Shown here piece by piece: positions 38,471 through 51,587 of a DNA stretch of 64,000 nt (within the stretch, counting starts at the first letter, position 1; each line of letters starts with the position of its first letter). The notes beneath the pieces were generated by a model. That model was given only the letters and a program-made list of their open reading frames with translations. It did not search any database and was not told the DNA's origin. The stretch comes from Octopus sinensis. Taxonomy: Eukaryota. The stretch lies in NCBI RefSeq assembly GCF_006345805.1, contig NC_043020.1:26908001-26972000 (forward strand). Reading direction: 5' to 3'. The position numbers were made by a program, and so were the translations under genes.

Positions 38471-40013
38471 AGAACAAGGGCTCAAATTTTGGAGGAGCGG
38501 GGACAGTCGATTACATCGACCCCATTACTCGGATGGATTATAGTAGAAGAGAGTTTCCCAAAGTGATACGAAGTAGGACTGGCTCCGAAACCATAGGGCT
38601 GTGAAGTGAAATTCTTAACCACACACAGGACCTTCTTAGCAGTATTTTTTTAAGCCCCCCCCCCCCGATTATATTTAGACTTATATTTAGAACTGGGCCC
38701 GAAGATTCGCGAGTCAGTGCCCTAGGCAATTCAATACAGTGGGCCCTATAATATCTATTTATTCACAGCAAGCCACGGTATACGGAGATCAGGGTGAGGC
38801 CCTGTGCACATCGGTTCACTGTTATATTTATTCATTGACAGCAAGGCAAAGTTTACATAGATCCGAATTGAGGCCCTAAAACCGTGCCAAATCTGACCAT
38901 GCCTAAAGACAGAACTAACCACGGAGTCAGACCAGTATCTTAACAAGTGCTTCTTTATTACCCACAAGGGGCTAAACATAGAGAGGACAAACAAGGACAG
39001 ACAGGGGGATTAAGTCGATTACATCGACCCCAGTGCGAAACTGGTACTTAATTTATCGATCCCGAAAGGATGAAAGGCAAAGTCGACCGGTATCTTAATA
39101 ATACCTTTATTTGTTTTTGACTATTTCTAACATAGTCACAAGGTCTGATATTTAGTGCACAGGCGGGGAGCAGTCGATTACTTCGATACCAGGTGTTGAA
39201 TGATAAAATACTTAATCTTTACGATGATACTTGAAGGATAAAAGAGAAGGAGTCCGGCGCAGTGGTTGAACTCCCGATCGCAAGATCGCTGTCTCGAATC
39301 CCAGGCCGGTGATGTATTTTGTATCCTTGAACAAAACACTTCATTTTACGCTGAACCAGTCCATTCCGCTGTAAATGCGCGACCCTACGACGGGCTGGCG
39401 TCCCATTCACATGAGCTACTCAATTCTCGGTTAAATTATACGGCATGGAAACCGGAGAACCGGCTCTAAAGTTAGAGTTAGACATGGTAGGATTTGATCT
39501 CGAAGCATAGAACAGCTACAAACTAAATGACATAGGCGTTTTTTTTTTTATACCTCGCATTTCAATCATTCTGCATTTTACGTCCCACCCTTAAATAATA
39601 TATATCCCATTACAGCACACACTGACACATCACATCCCATCCCTAACACACGACAAATACCAGGAATAGTAATACGAACACACAAACACACATACACATG
39701 TAGGCGCACGCGCGGCTGCGTGGCAAGAAGCTTGCTTCCCCAACCACATGGTTCCGAGTTCAGGTCCACAGCGTGGCACCTCGGGTCGGTGTCTTCTACT
39801 TTAACCCCGAGCAAACTAAAGCATTTGAGTGGATTTGATAGACGGAAACTGAAAGAAGCCCGTCTTGTGTATATGTATATATATATATATATATAATATA
39901 TATATAATGATTGTGTGTGCGCGCGCGAGCGCCATCCCATCAGCACTTGACAACCGGTGTTGGTATGTTTCCGTCCGCATGACTTAGCAGCTCGGCAATA
40001 TATATATATATAT

Positions 40014-40046
<33 letters not shown>

Positions 40047-41929
40047 GTGTGTCTGTGTGTGTGGTGTGTGGTGTGTGTGTGTAACAAGCAAATTTTAGTC
40101 ATTTCTCCACACACACACACACATATATATACATCCACACACATGCACTCATATCCACACATACACACGTGAATATACTACATACATATATATATATATA
40201 TGCACTCACACGTACACACCTTATTTATGACGTAGCCCTGTTAATCAAGATCCTCCTACTGCTTACTCATCGCCGAAAGTGACGGAGGATCCATAGAATT
40301 ACACACACTACAAACGTTCGTATATGTACGGTTATTTACGTAGCGGGGGGGGCGGGGCCGAGTGTGGAGGGGTTGCTTTATGCTTAAAGAAGAAGAATTT
40401 GCAAGTTAGAAGAAGGGAAAAAGAGGAAGAGAAGGAGATCGAAAATCAAAGACTTACCGCAAAATGTTAGGCAATTGGAATCTTTCTTGTGTTATTTTTT
40501 TCTTTTGGTGTTTACTACGTTTTGTTTTTTTCTGCAGTAAAAAACGGAAATAAATAAATTAATATACGTAAGTAAGCATAAGAAATATAAATTTTATAAA
40601 AAAATTTTTTTACAAGCAATTATTTTGTATATGCGATTACCTATACAAACTGCAAATTAAACAACTCAGACACGCGCGTGGGCATAGAAATACACACATG
40701 CCATACTTTCACAAACAGACAGACAGACAATAAATGGATGGATGGATGATATATTTCTTTATTAGCCACACAGGGCTGCACACAGACGGTACAGATTACA
40801 AAGTAGAGCTTTTCTTTTTAGGGAGAAAAAAAAGTGGGGTAGGTTTTCGATCAAAAGGGATCGTAAAAGGGGAAGGAGGAGAAGAAGAAGAAGAGAAAAA
40901 AAAAGATAGATAGATAGGCATGCATCCAGACAGACGGCTAGCAAGCTAGATAGATGGATAGATGGCTAGATAAATATCGATCAATCTATCTATGTATCTA
41001 TCTGTCTACCGATCTATCTAGCTATCTATCAACATACATAGAAATTAAATTGTACTACATAACGTATTTATTTGTATTTAATATGGAAGGACATTCTCCA
41101 GAGTATCTTCCAGTTAATATCCATATTCTACCTCAAGTTCTTCCCCAACAATATCAAAATGTAGGGTTAATCGTGAATAATGAGGATTAAGCGTGCAAGG
41201 GAGATAACTGAAGTCGTTCAATGTAAGGCAGATAACTGCAGAATGAAATGGTTCTGAATGCCCAAATAATCCAATGTAGCCTTCCTTTAAACGATTTTAC
41301 TGTAACTTGAAGGGAATTTAGTTGTAATAACTAGCACAGCGAGTGACCATATTAATGCTTCACCTATATAGATTTTTTTTTGTACATGGTTAGGCATTAG
41401 GAAGGATATCCAGTCGTAGAAACCATACCAAATCAGAATGGAGTCTGGTGCAGCTTGCCAGCCTTGGTCAAACTATACGACCCACGCCAGCATGGACAAC
41501 GGACGTTAAATAATGATGCTGATGATTGATAATATAGAGGTCGACTTTGCCTTTCATCCTTTCAGGGTCGATAAATTAAGTACCAGTTACGCACTGGGGT
41601 CGATGTAATCGACTTAATACCTATGTCTGTCCTTGTTTGTCCCCTCTATGTTTAGTCCCTTGTGGGTAATAAAGAAACAGGTTAATATATCGAAATAGGC
41701 TTGCGGTCACTTACAATGTTAAGGTCAACAGAGACGGAAAAGAAGAAACTTAGAAATTCAAATAATGTTGATTGACAGCCCCATCTTAAATGATTGAACA
41801 TCGCAGAGTAAAGGAAAAGAAGATAGTGGTATAGTGAGTTCGGAACAGCCAGCAGTTTGAGGAAAGAAGTTTTAGGGTTAGGGGTCAGACAACGATATAT
41901 TGATACGTGGCAATTCTCCCAGCATGGTC

Positions 41930-42195
41930 AAATAGCGAAGCCGTATTCTTTTGCTTGTTTCACAGTCTTTTGACTGTGGCCATGCTGCAGCACCGCCTCT
42001 ATTCGAACATATCGACCCCAGGAGAAACACACACACACACACATATACGACGGGCTTCTTTCAGTTCCCGTCCACCAAATCCACTCACAAGGCTTTGGTT
42101 GGCCCAAGGCTAAAGTAGAAGACACTTGCCCAAGGTTCCACGCAGTGGGACTGAAATCGGAACCATGAGGTTGGGAAGCAAGTTTCTTACACCCC
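41930..42195 (-). mobile_element. SINE family B
   Basis: Reverse complement of the family-B head and tail. Confidence 0.8.
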
Positions 42196-42769
42196 GTGAC
42201 AAACAACGAGGGACAACTTAGACAAGCGTTTTGGGTTCTACTTTGGCGTGGGATCTACAATTTAAGAGAGATTATTTTTAGGTTACATTTTTTTAACTTT
42301 TCAATTTCAAATTTTTTAAATAAATTCTTTTGTACATACTTCGCATTGTAAATGTATTTTTTTAAATTCTTACTATTCTAAAAATAATAAAACCATATTA
42401 CATATGCATAGAGGACAATATGCTGAGTATAGTCATTAAAGCTATAAGGTGAAAAAATGTTAATTATATAAAGATTCTATAAAGAGTTTTAATGGACGTA
42501 AGGACTATAAAAGTTCTATAATCCAAATTATTCCAGTTCGGACCCAAAGCTTTCTGTTCAAAACTAAAGAGAAACATCTCACTGCTATTTCTAGCAGGTC
42601 GAATGACCACGGGCGAGCCTCTTCCTGTCTAAGTGTCCAACGATGTTATTTTGGGGGTGGGAGAAAGGGTAACAAATAACGAGAGCATTCCAGAGTTAGT
42701 AACCTTACATCGAGTTAGCACACATTTACCTCCCTTTAAAATGGAAACTGAAGCAACGCGTTCGACGTT

Positions 42770-42992
42770 GCTCTGGCAGGATCGTTAAGCACGCCGGGCG
42801 AAATGCTTAGCGGTATTTCGTCTGCCGTTACATTCTGAGTTCAAATTCCGCCGAGGTCGACTTTGCCTTTCATCATTTCGGGGTCGATAAGTTAAGTACC
42901 AGTAACACTGGCGGGGTCGATGTAATCGATTTAATCCCTTTGTCTTTGTTTGTCCCCTATATGTTTAGCCCCTTGTGGGTAACAAAGAAATA
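42770..42992 (+). mobile_element. SINE family A (near full length)
   Basis: CTGGCAGGATCGTTAAGCACGCCGGGCGAAATGCTTAGCGG..TTTAGCCCCTTGTGGGTAACAAAGAAAT. Confidence 0.85.
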
Positions 42993-43645
42993 TATTTTTC
43001 GAATGGCTTCTGAAGGCTGGACAAGAAGACAAGTATTTATGTCCAGGCCAGAGATTTCGCTCGAATGCCTGCAACAGCGTGTGGTCCCACTAAAGTCCCC
43101 ATAAGCCGGATAGCAGCAGAGTTACGGCGATTTATCCACAACGCGAATGAACAACTACCCTTTTTTTATCGTAAAGGACATTGCTTAATTAACAGAAAAG
43201 GAACAGAGTTCTGGCATCAGCTCCCATCTTTTACATACTACTGCCTCCAACTAACAGCAGACACACTCACATCATCATCATTTGACGTTTGCTGTCCGTG
43301 CTGACATGGACGGACACACACACACACGTGTGGATAGATGGGTAGGTAGGTAGATAGATATATAACAGACAGACAGACAGACAGTTAGATAGATAGATAG
43401 AGAGAGAGAGATAGAGAGAGATAGACAGATAGGTAGATAGATAGACGGAGACAGACAGACAGACAGAGAGATAGACAGATAGATACATAGGTATATACTG
43501 TGAAATGTATTCCCACCGTTGTTATGTGTGCGCGTATGACTTCACAGTGGATCGAAGAAGGAAATTAGTCGATAATGACTAATTAATCAGCTTTTATTAT
43601 CTACGGCACAGTTGAGTCACTACCAATGACAGAATAGACCAGCTG

Positions 43646-43707
<62 letters not shown>

Positions 43708-44225
43708 AAGTAATATATTTAAACATGCGAAGTTACACTCATCTCTTTCCACGTGAAACAAGTGCTAAACAGTGTGTGTGCACCATCCCATCAGCGCTTG
43801 ACAACGGGTGTTGGTATGTTTCCGTCCGCATGACTCAGCGGCTCGGCAAAAGAGACCCACAGAATAATGAGTACGAGGCTTAAAATAATAAGTACTCAAG
43901 TCGATTCATTCGGTTAAAAATTCATGGCCGCAGCCTCTGTCTGTGTGTGTGTGTGTGTGTGTGTGTACGTGCGTGCGTGTGATTAGATGAAGAAATTTAA
44001 TGCGAAATTACTGACCGTATATATTTTTCAAGTGCTGCTTTTTCCATTTCATTTTCCCCCCTGGTAATGTTTTAGAAGAATATCAGCCAAGTAGCCACAG
44101 CCAGGCAGTCTGTAAAAGATTGAAAGAATAAACACTTTAAAAGTTGGCAAAATTAAATACATCGAAATGAAAGGCAACAGCAGAAGGAATTTTCAATTTT
44201 AACTATTATCACAGTCCATTCATAT

Positions 44226-44284
<59 letters not shown>

Positions 44285-44504
44285 TAAATAAAATATATGC
44301 ATATATACATACATATATGTACATACTTACATCTAGATGTATATATACATGCATATATGAGTACAGGACACCACAAGAAAGCGTAGAACACAACGAGAGA
44401 CGAAAAGGTAAAAACAAACAAGGAAACGGACTTTTTTAAAAACAACGAAAAAACAGAGTACAGGACAAACAATACAAGGAAAGAAATGTATGTGTATGTT
44501 TTTT

Positions 44505-44785
44505 GTTTGTTCCTTCTCGAGCTCATAAGGGCCGGTTTCCCGGTTTCTTTGGTGTATAGGTTCTCCACCTGGACGGGACGCCAGTCCGTCGCAGGTGAGC
44601 TGCAAGATGCAGGAGGAAAGAGTGAAAGAAAGTTGTGGCGAAAGAGTCAGCAGAAGTTCCCCATTACCTTCTGCCGGAGCCACGTGGAGCTTAGGTGTTT
44701 CGCTCATAAACACACACATCGCCCGGTCTGAGATTCGAACCCGCGATCCCTCGACCGCGAGTCCGCTGTTCTAACCACTAGCATG
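44505..44785 (-). mobile_element. tRNA-derived SINE with a V-/Meta-SINE-like central domain
   Basis: Minus strand: tRNA-like head GCTAGTGGTTAGAACAGCGGAC..GGGTTCGAATC, then GCGACGGACTGGCGTCCCGTCCAGG. A related copy lies at ~39255-39470 (+). Confidence 0.7.
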
Positions 44786-45551
44786 TGTGTATATATGCGT
44801 ATACAAGTTGCCATAGAGGCCTCTATCATACGCACCATTTACCAACATGGTTCCTTGTATTATTTTTACAACGTTCCGGGATTTCCATTTCCCTAAAGTC
44901 TGCTCCCTACTTCCTCCGGCCTCTCCTGTCGCCGCCATCCCCGCCGTGATAGCCCTATTCTCTCTTCACTCAAACAACAACAAACTGTTAAGGGAAATAA
45001 CTGTTCTTGAAATAAAAAGTAATAAACTGCGTGTGAAGAGTTATCTCCCATAGGGCATACATTCAAGCATTAAAGTGTTTACAAAAATATAACAAAATTA
45101 TTAGATTTTCTCTTTAAATATTTCCTGCAGAGAAAAGACAAATTGTGCTGTTTGTTTTGATAATTTACATCTTTTGTCTTTTAACTCTTTCAGTCACTCG
45201 ACTGCGGCCATGCTGCAGCACCGCCTTGAAGGATTTAGTGGAACAAAAGGACACCACTGTTTTTTTAGAGTCTATCGGCAATTTTTTTGCTGAAGCAATG
45301 TTACAGGGACGTAATTTAACCAGCATCGGTTATCAAGCAGTGGTGCTGGTAAAATACAGACACACACACACACACACACAGAGTTTCCGGCTAGCGAATT
45401 CGCTCACATACTCTTAGCTATAACAGCAGAAGACACTGGGCGCAGGTTGTCACAAAGCGGGACACGACACGAAAGCGCTGGATGCCAAGGGAAGTTCTTG
45501 ACCACGCAATGTTTCGAAGTCCCAGCAGACAATATGGTGAATGTGCTACAC

Positions 45552-45651
45552 NNNNNNNNNNNNNNNNNNNNNNNNNNNNNNNNNNNNNNNNNNNNNNNNN
45601 NNNNNNNNNNNNNNNNNNNNNNNNNNNNNNNNNNNNNNNNNNNNNNNNNNN
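45552..45651. other. Assembly gap (100 N)
   Basis: Run of N. Confidence 1.
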
Positions 45652-46225
45652 ATAATATATTATTTATGCGTAAATATATATGTATATATGTGCGTGTGTA
45701 TGAACATGCATATGTATATACCGGTATGTATATGCATGCGTATATAATCATATAGGCAAATATGTATATCTAGGCAGTTCGTTTGTACTTTATTTTCATA
45801 TGAGGCATTTGTTGTGAAGGGGCCGTCACTGTCATTGAAACGGTGTCCAGCAATCCGTGTCTTCCTGTATAACATATCCGGCCATGTGGAAACATTACCT
45901 TGCTTGGCAAAAGCTGAAAGTGATTATGATGTGCCCTTAGGGTTTCCTCTGTGGCCCCTTCCAACGTTTCTGAGTTTAGAATTGTTTACAGACGAAACTC
46001 TACCTTCGTTGAGTAAATCCCTAAATTTTTCAGCTACAGGCATTGGAGTTGGAAACGCAATTTATACCAGAGTTCTTGGATCTTTCGCTCTATGTACATT
46101 AATATTATGGCAGTCAAAAATTGAAGTGAAAGCAACTGCCGAACTTCTTTACAATGTAAACAGCCATCTTCAGTTTATTAAGAGATCGCCGAAACTTAGT
46201 AATTCTGAACAGGGGTCCACATGAC

Positions 46226-46543
46226 CTATTTCTTTACTACCCACAAGGGGCTAAACACAGAGGGGACAAACAAGGACAGACAAACGGATTAAGTCGATTA
46301 CATCGACCCCAGTGCGTAACTGGTACTTAGTTTATCGACCCAAAAAGGATGAAAGGCAAAGTCAACCTCGGCGGAATTTGAACTCAGAACGTAGCGGCAG
46401 ACGAAATACCTATTTCTTTACTACCCACAAGGGGCTAAACACCGAGGGGACAAACAAGGACAGAAAAACGGATTAAGTCGATTACATCGACCCAGTGCGT
46501 AACTGAAACTTAGTTTATCGACCCCGAAAAGATGAAAGGCAAT
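46226..46543 (-). mobile_element. Two head-to-tail SINE family A copies
   Basis: CTATTTCTTTACTACCCACAAGGGGCTAAACAC occurs at ~46226 and ~46410. Confidence 0.85.
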
Positions 46544-47176
46544 ATGTATGTCTTTGTGTGAAGATCACACCAACACCACGAGGTGAAATTAGAGACAGAC
46601 GAAACAAATAGAAATTACTAGCCAGAATGAGAGAAATGAAAAATATTAGCCCGAAAAGCGTTGAAATATAAAGCGAAAAACAGCAAACAAAGAAGTGCAA
46701 ATTGAGGTTTAATGCACCAAAGAAGGGAAGAGAAGAGAATTTGACGTTTCGTGTCTTAGTATTTATCAAAGAGAAGAAAAGGAGAAGATAGAATAGATAG
46801 ACCAAGGAAAGGAAGAAAGTGATGCAAAAACAAGCAATATCTTCACAGAGGCCCATGGTAGAACGAAAGCTGTACGTATGCTTGCATGCATGTTCCTTTC
46901 TAGTTTTACTTATTTGAATTCTTACAACGAGGAAACTGCTTCCTAATAAAACTCTAGAGCACGAATTTAAATAACGTCAACGATAAATTTAACTGGATGA
47001 ACCTCAGAAAAGTTTTACATATTTTAACGGTTCCTCAAACAAACTGCATTTGCGAAGTTTGTTTGCCCCGTCAGTTTCTGTCCCTGAAAATCCTAGCTTT
47101 CCCAGATTGTCAAATATTTAATGACATAGCCCCAGAGCAACGATAATTATTAGTATAAATATGAATTTGTTTTCAG

Positions 47177-47283
47177 AGTGCAGAAGCATCGGGTCTTGAA
47201 GCAGTTGGCCATAAATATTCTTATTACCAATGATTTTGGAAGAAATGCACTCAATCTGTTGGACAACCGACCTACGACAATTT
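47177..47283 (+). CDS. Candidate internal exon (107 bp), ankyrin-like peptide
   Basis: Acceptor TTTGTTTTCAG and donor GTATGT; one frame is open across it: VQKHRVLKQLAINILITNDFGRNALNLLDNRPTTI. No partner exons identified. Confidence 0.25.
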
Positions 47284-48734
47284 GTATGTCTATGTATGCT
47301 ATGTTATGTGTGTGTCTGTGTTTTATGTACTATGTACGGTCCTCCTTCCTAGCATAGGTCAGAGCAGGAGTGGGGGGTAATGAAGACTAACTATATATAT
47401 GTATGTATATGTGTGTATATATGTAGGTGTACAAAAAACGTGTTCCTACTTACGACAGAAATTTTCCTTCTGGCAACTCTGCATCTATCCAATGTCATGG
47501 ACGTGGAAATAGATTCAAATAAATAGATTTAATAAAACAGACCCAATAAACCTTTTGAATTCAAAGAATCCATGATTTTCTTCCTTTGAAACCAAGTGGA
47601 GTAACGTCGACATAAATAAGTGTATTTTGGGGTAATTCAGAAAAGTTCACCGACTCCTGGGTTAGAGGAATTGTGACCAGGTTTAGCGCTGGATGCCCTC
47701 ATCTGCTTCTTAAATAAGGATGGAATTGTAAACCACAGCCAGACACAAGTGCGCATGACCCCACACAAAATACACGTATAATTGAATGCGCATCTACATA
47801 TATTTACGTGTGTGTGTGTATACATACATACATATATATATATATATACATACACACACATACTTATATGCACAGACACTAACAAGAGGGGTTACAGTGA
47901 AGTTTCGGCTTGCTAACTAACCTTCGTTGCATTATCCGACAAAGGCTAGCAGGCCAAAATTTCGAAGTCACTAACAACACTATTGTAAAAGAACAATAGA
48001 TGTGCTCTCTTCTAAAAGTAATTCTTCAGCTTAATGATGTTAAATTGCTTTTTTTATGACCCGACATAAAAATCAATCATTAACACATCATACATATGCT
48101 AATCTGTGTGATATGAATGAATGCACGTCTGTCTGTATGTCGTTGCTATTATGCAAAAGTGTCGTAAGTCCAAAACGTTGATTTTTCAGAAAACGACAAA
48201 ATAGTTTAACCATTCCATAACAAAACCGTTGTACTACCTTTTGATGATTTTTGATATCTTGTCATCTGAAGCAGCTGGAGATAAGATAATTTGAGCAAAA
48301 GAACCGGCTGGCTATTGGAAGCAAAAATAAATATTGGGGGAAAAAAAAGACGCATTTGGACATACGACAGTTTAACATAATAGCAACGATACTTATAAAC
48401 TGAATCGTATTGTGGAGCCAATATTGTTCCCATGTCTGCTCTGACCCCTGGGTTGTAGAACCTGCCAGGGTCCAAGCCATGGATTGATTAATATACCGAG
48501 GCCTCCTGCTTATACAAGTGCGAACCGGACCTGATGAACTCTGTTGAAGAATTCTTCACGGTTAAACGGTGGGTAAAGTAGCTGCAGGAATGCCTTGTGG
48601 TCTGCAGGGCACAAGATCATGGAAGCATGACATCTTGCTCACAAACTACATTCATGCCCATCTCCTGTCTCTTGACTTGCTCTTGGCACTGAATTCAAGA
48701 TGTTATGGGCGAAAGAGAGAGAGAGAGAGTTTGA

Positions 48735-49070
48735 CCCTGGCATCTTGGGCAAGTGTCTTCTACCATAGCCTCGGCCCGACCAAAGCCTTGTGAGTGGATT
48801 TGGCAGACGGAAACTGGAAGAAGCCCGTCGTATATATATATATATTTATATATTTGTGTGTATCTGTGTTTGCCCACCCCGATATCGCTTGACAACCGCT
48901 GCTGGTGTGTTTATGTTCCCGTAAATTAGTGGCTCGGCAAAAGAGACCGATAGAATAAGTACTAGTCTTACAAACAATAAGTGCTGGGGTCGATTTCTTT
49001 GAACATCACCCTTTAAGGCGCTGCTCCAGCATTGCCGCAGTCGAATGACTGAATCAAGTAATAGAATAAC
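48735..49070 (+). mobile_element. SINE family B
   Basis: TTGGGCAAGTGTCTTCTACCATAGCCTCGG..GCAAAAGAGACCGATAGAATAAGTACTAG.. Confidence 0.85.
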
Positions 49071-49172
49071 GGACTATCATCAGTCATTGTTAAGGATAAC
49101 TTGACGCTCCTCTTCGCTCCGACGGATGACCACTACTGCAATATAGGTATATATAGTATATATATATATATA

Positions 49173-49219
<47 letters not shown>

Positions 49220-49283
49220 CACTAGTACAGACCAGTAATAAGAAAATGAGATGAGAAAAGAATAAACAATTACCTAAATGAAC

Positions 49284-49380
49284 TTCATTAGCTTACAGCT
49301 GTTTCTGCTGTAAGTTGCAGTGTTCTCATTGCTGAGTGCCTGAGTTACAATTATAGCTTCGTCGGAGCTTAGAATATGAA
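49284..49380 (-). ncRNA. Type-I hammerhead-like motif, long-stem-II family (best-preserved copy)
   Basis: UUCAU auucua AGCU CCGACGA A [GCUAUAAUUG..CAACUUACAGC] A GAAAC AGCU GUA AGCU a AUGAA. All three stems form; core has U4C. Confidence 0.7.
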
Positions 49381-49411
49381 GTGCAATGTATAAATCTGAG
49401 CTTCGAATATT

Positions 49412-49482
49412 CGAAGCCCCGACGATGGAATTGTGTGTTACTCAGGTATCTTATGACAGAAACGGCTTTAAGCTAATGAAGT
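49412..49482 (+). ncRNA. Second, inverted hammerhead-like copy of the same family
   Basis: AAGCC CCGACGA UG..CA GAAAC GGCU UUA AGCUAAUGAAG. Shares its 3' flank with 49284-49380. Confidence 0.55.
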
Positions 49483-49857
49483 CCGTAAGATATAATATAT
49501 ATATATATATATATAATTGCATATATATGAATCATGTTGTTCATATATCTCATGGTGTTTGCCAGATTAAAACGGTTTTCCATTATGACAATCATTGCTA
49601 ATTGTCAGTTTAATTATTCAGTAAGAACAAATGGTTCTCCATACTTAAAAATATACTTAAACGTATATTATAAACATTTTATTACCTGAGACAAATTTTC
49701 ACCTCACCTGTCTGCCATTTCTGCGGCTTTGATTATTTTAATATTTTCTACTAATTTTCTCAATTGCTAAACGGTTTATAGTTTTTCTTTGTTTTTTTTT
49801 TTTTTAATATCGTTTTATAAATAATATTTTTTAATCGAAATCAAAATGGAAATTGTA

Positions 49858-50294
49858 CTTGTGACCGATGCCAGTGCCGCCTGACTGGCACTCGAGCTGA
49901 TGGCACGCAACAAGCACCATTCATGTGTGGGTCGTTGCCAGTGCCTACTGACTGGCTCCCCGTAACGGTGATACATAAAAAGAACCATCCGAACGTGGTC
50001 GATGCCAGCCCCCCCCCCCCCCCGCCGCCCTGAGTGGGTCTTGTGTCGCTAGCACGTATAAAGCACCATCCAAACGTGATCGTCGCCAGTGCCGTCCGAC
50101 TGGCTCTCGTGCCGGTGGCACGTAAAAAAGCACCTACTACACTCTCGGAGTGGTTGGCGCTAGGAAGGGCATCCAGCTGTAGAAATCTTGCCAGATCAGA
50201 TTGGGGCCTGGTGCAGCCTCCTGGCTTTCCAGTCCGTAGTCAGACCGTCCAACCCATGCCAGCGTAGAATGCGGACTGTAAACGATGATGATGA
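49858..50294 (+). mobile_element. SINE family C (full length)
   Basis: GCCAGTGCC subrepeats, AGGAAGGGCATCCAGCTGTAGAAA and a (GAT)n tail. Confidence 0.85.
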
Positions 50295-50589
50295 TTCTGT
50301 TTTAAAATTTTACTAAGTGTATTATTTCTCTTGATGTGAATTCGTTTTGGGGTTAATATCATTTTCAAAATAACGAACATACCAAGCAAGGTGTCATCTA
50401 TTCTCTTAGCCTCGGGCCATCCAAATCTTTATGAGGGGATTTAGTTGACGGTAAGAAGCCCATTTGTGTGTGTGTGTGTGTGAATATATATATATATATA
50501 TGTATGTATGTATGTGTGACGCGTGTGTGGCTGTGTGTATATGTGGGTGTATATATATATATATATATACATATATATGCGTGTCTGTG

Positions 50590-50720
50590 GGTGGGTGTAT
50601 ATATGTGTGAGCGTGTATACGAGTGTGGGTGTGTGTATGTGTATGGGTGTATATATGTGTGAGCGTGTATACGAGTGTGGGTGTGTGTATGTGTATGGGT
50701 GTATATATGTGTGTGAGCAT
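50590..50720 (+). repeat. 52-bp GT-rich minisatellite (~2.4 copies)
   Basis: GGGTGTATATATGTGTGAGCGTGTATACGAGTGTGGGTGTGTGTATGTGTAT is repeated. Confidence 0.85.
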
Positions 50721-51542
50721 GCATATGGGTGTGGGTGTATGTGTGAGTGTGTATGTATGTGTGCATATGTATATATATATGTGAGTATACATGTTTGTAT
50801 ATATATGTGTGTGTGTGTGTATATATATATATACACACTTGTGTATGCATGTGTCTTTGTTTTTATCCCTTACCCCTGCTTAACAACCGGTGTTGGTTTT
50901 ATACATTCTTGTAACTTAGAGGTTCAACAAAAAAAGAGCGCGTTAGAGTAAGTAAAATATGAATACTGGGATGGATTTGTTCGATTAAATCCCTGCAGGG
51001 CGATGCCCCAACATGGCCGCAGTTCAATGACTGAAACCAGTAAAATTGCGTTCAGCGTTGAGGCTCATCTGCCATCTCTCCTTAATCTGAAGTTTTATAT
51101 AATATTTTGTCGTTTATACTCCTAACCCCATTTAGTTTTTAAATTTGGGAAATATAAACAAAAAAATATTTTTTCAGAAAGTCTAAGGCTCAGAATAAAG
51201 TCTGAAGTACCCCAGGGGAGAGGTCTGCCTTACTAAATACACATGCGGTTGGGTCCTGCTTATGTAATACGAGTTGAAAGAATTAAAAAGAAAAGAATTA
51301 CAAAATGAAACACAATCAAACTTCCATTAACTGAGATTATCCATGCAGTTACTTGACGAAATCTCCCTCTAGGGATGTTTAATATTTAAAAAGAAAAAAC
51401 TTCAAACAAAAATGTATCAAGTACGATAACTTTAACTAAGATCAGATAACTGAAATTTTTGGAATATGTGTTCATATGTATTCATGCGCGTGTGAATATC
51501 TACAATAGGATATGCATATATCTGTGTGTGTGTATATTTAGT

Positions 51543-51587
<45 letters not shown>

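Noticed and set aside
38850-38875. TAGATCCGAATT resembling part of miR-10
   Set aside because: Only 12 nt match; the seed and hairpin are absent, and it lies in a MITE-like relic.
47890-47935. Possible further hammerhead relic on the minus strand (GCAACGA A GGUU..AGCC GAAAC)
   Set aside because: Three core mismatches and no convincing stem I; indistinguishable from chance without a family consensus.
48525-48570. CTGATGA as a hammerhead core
   Set aside because: No stem II followed by GAAA, and no stem I or III; only a GAAGAATTCTTC palindrome follows.
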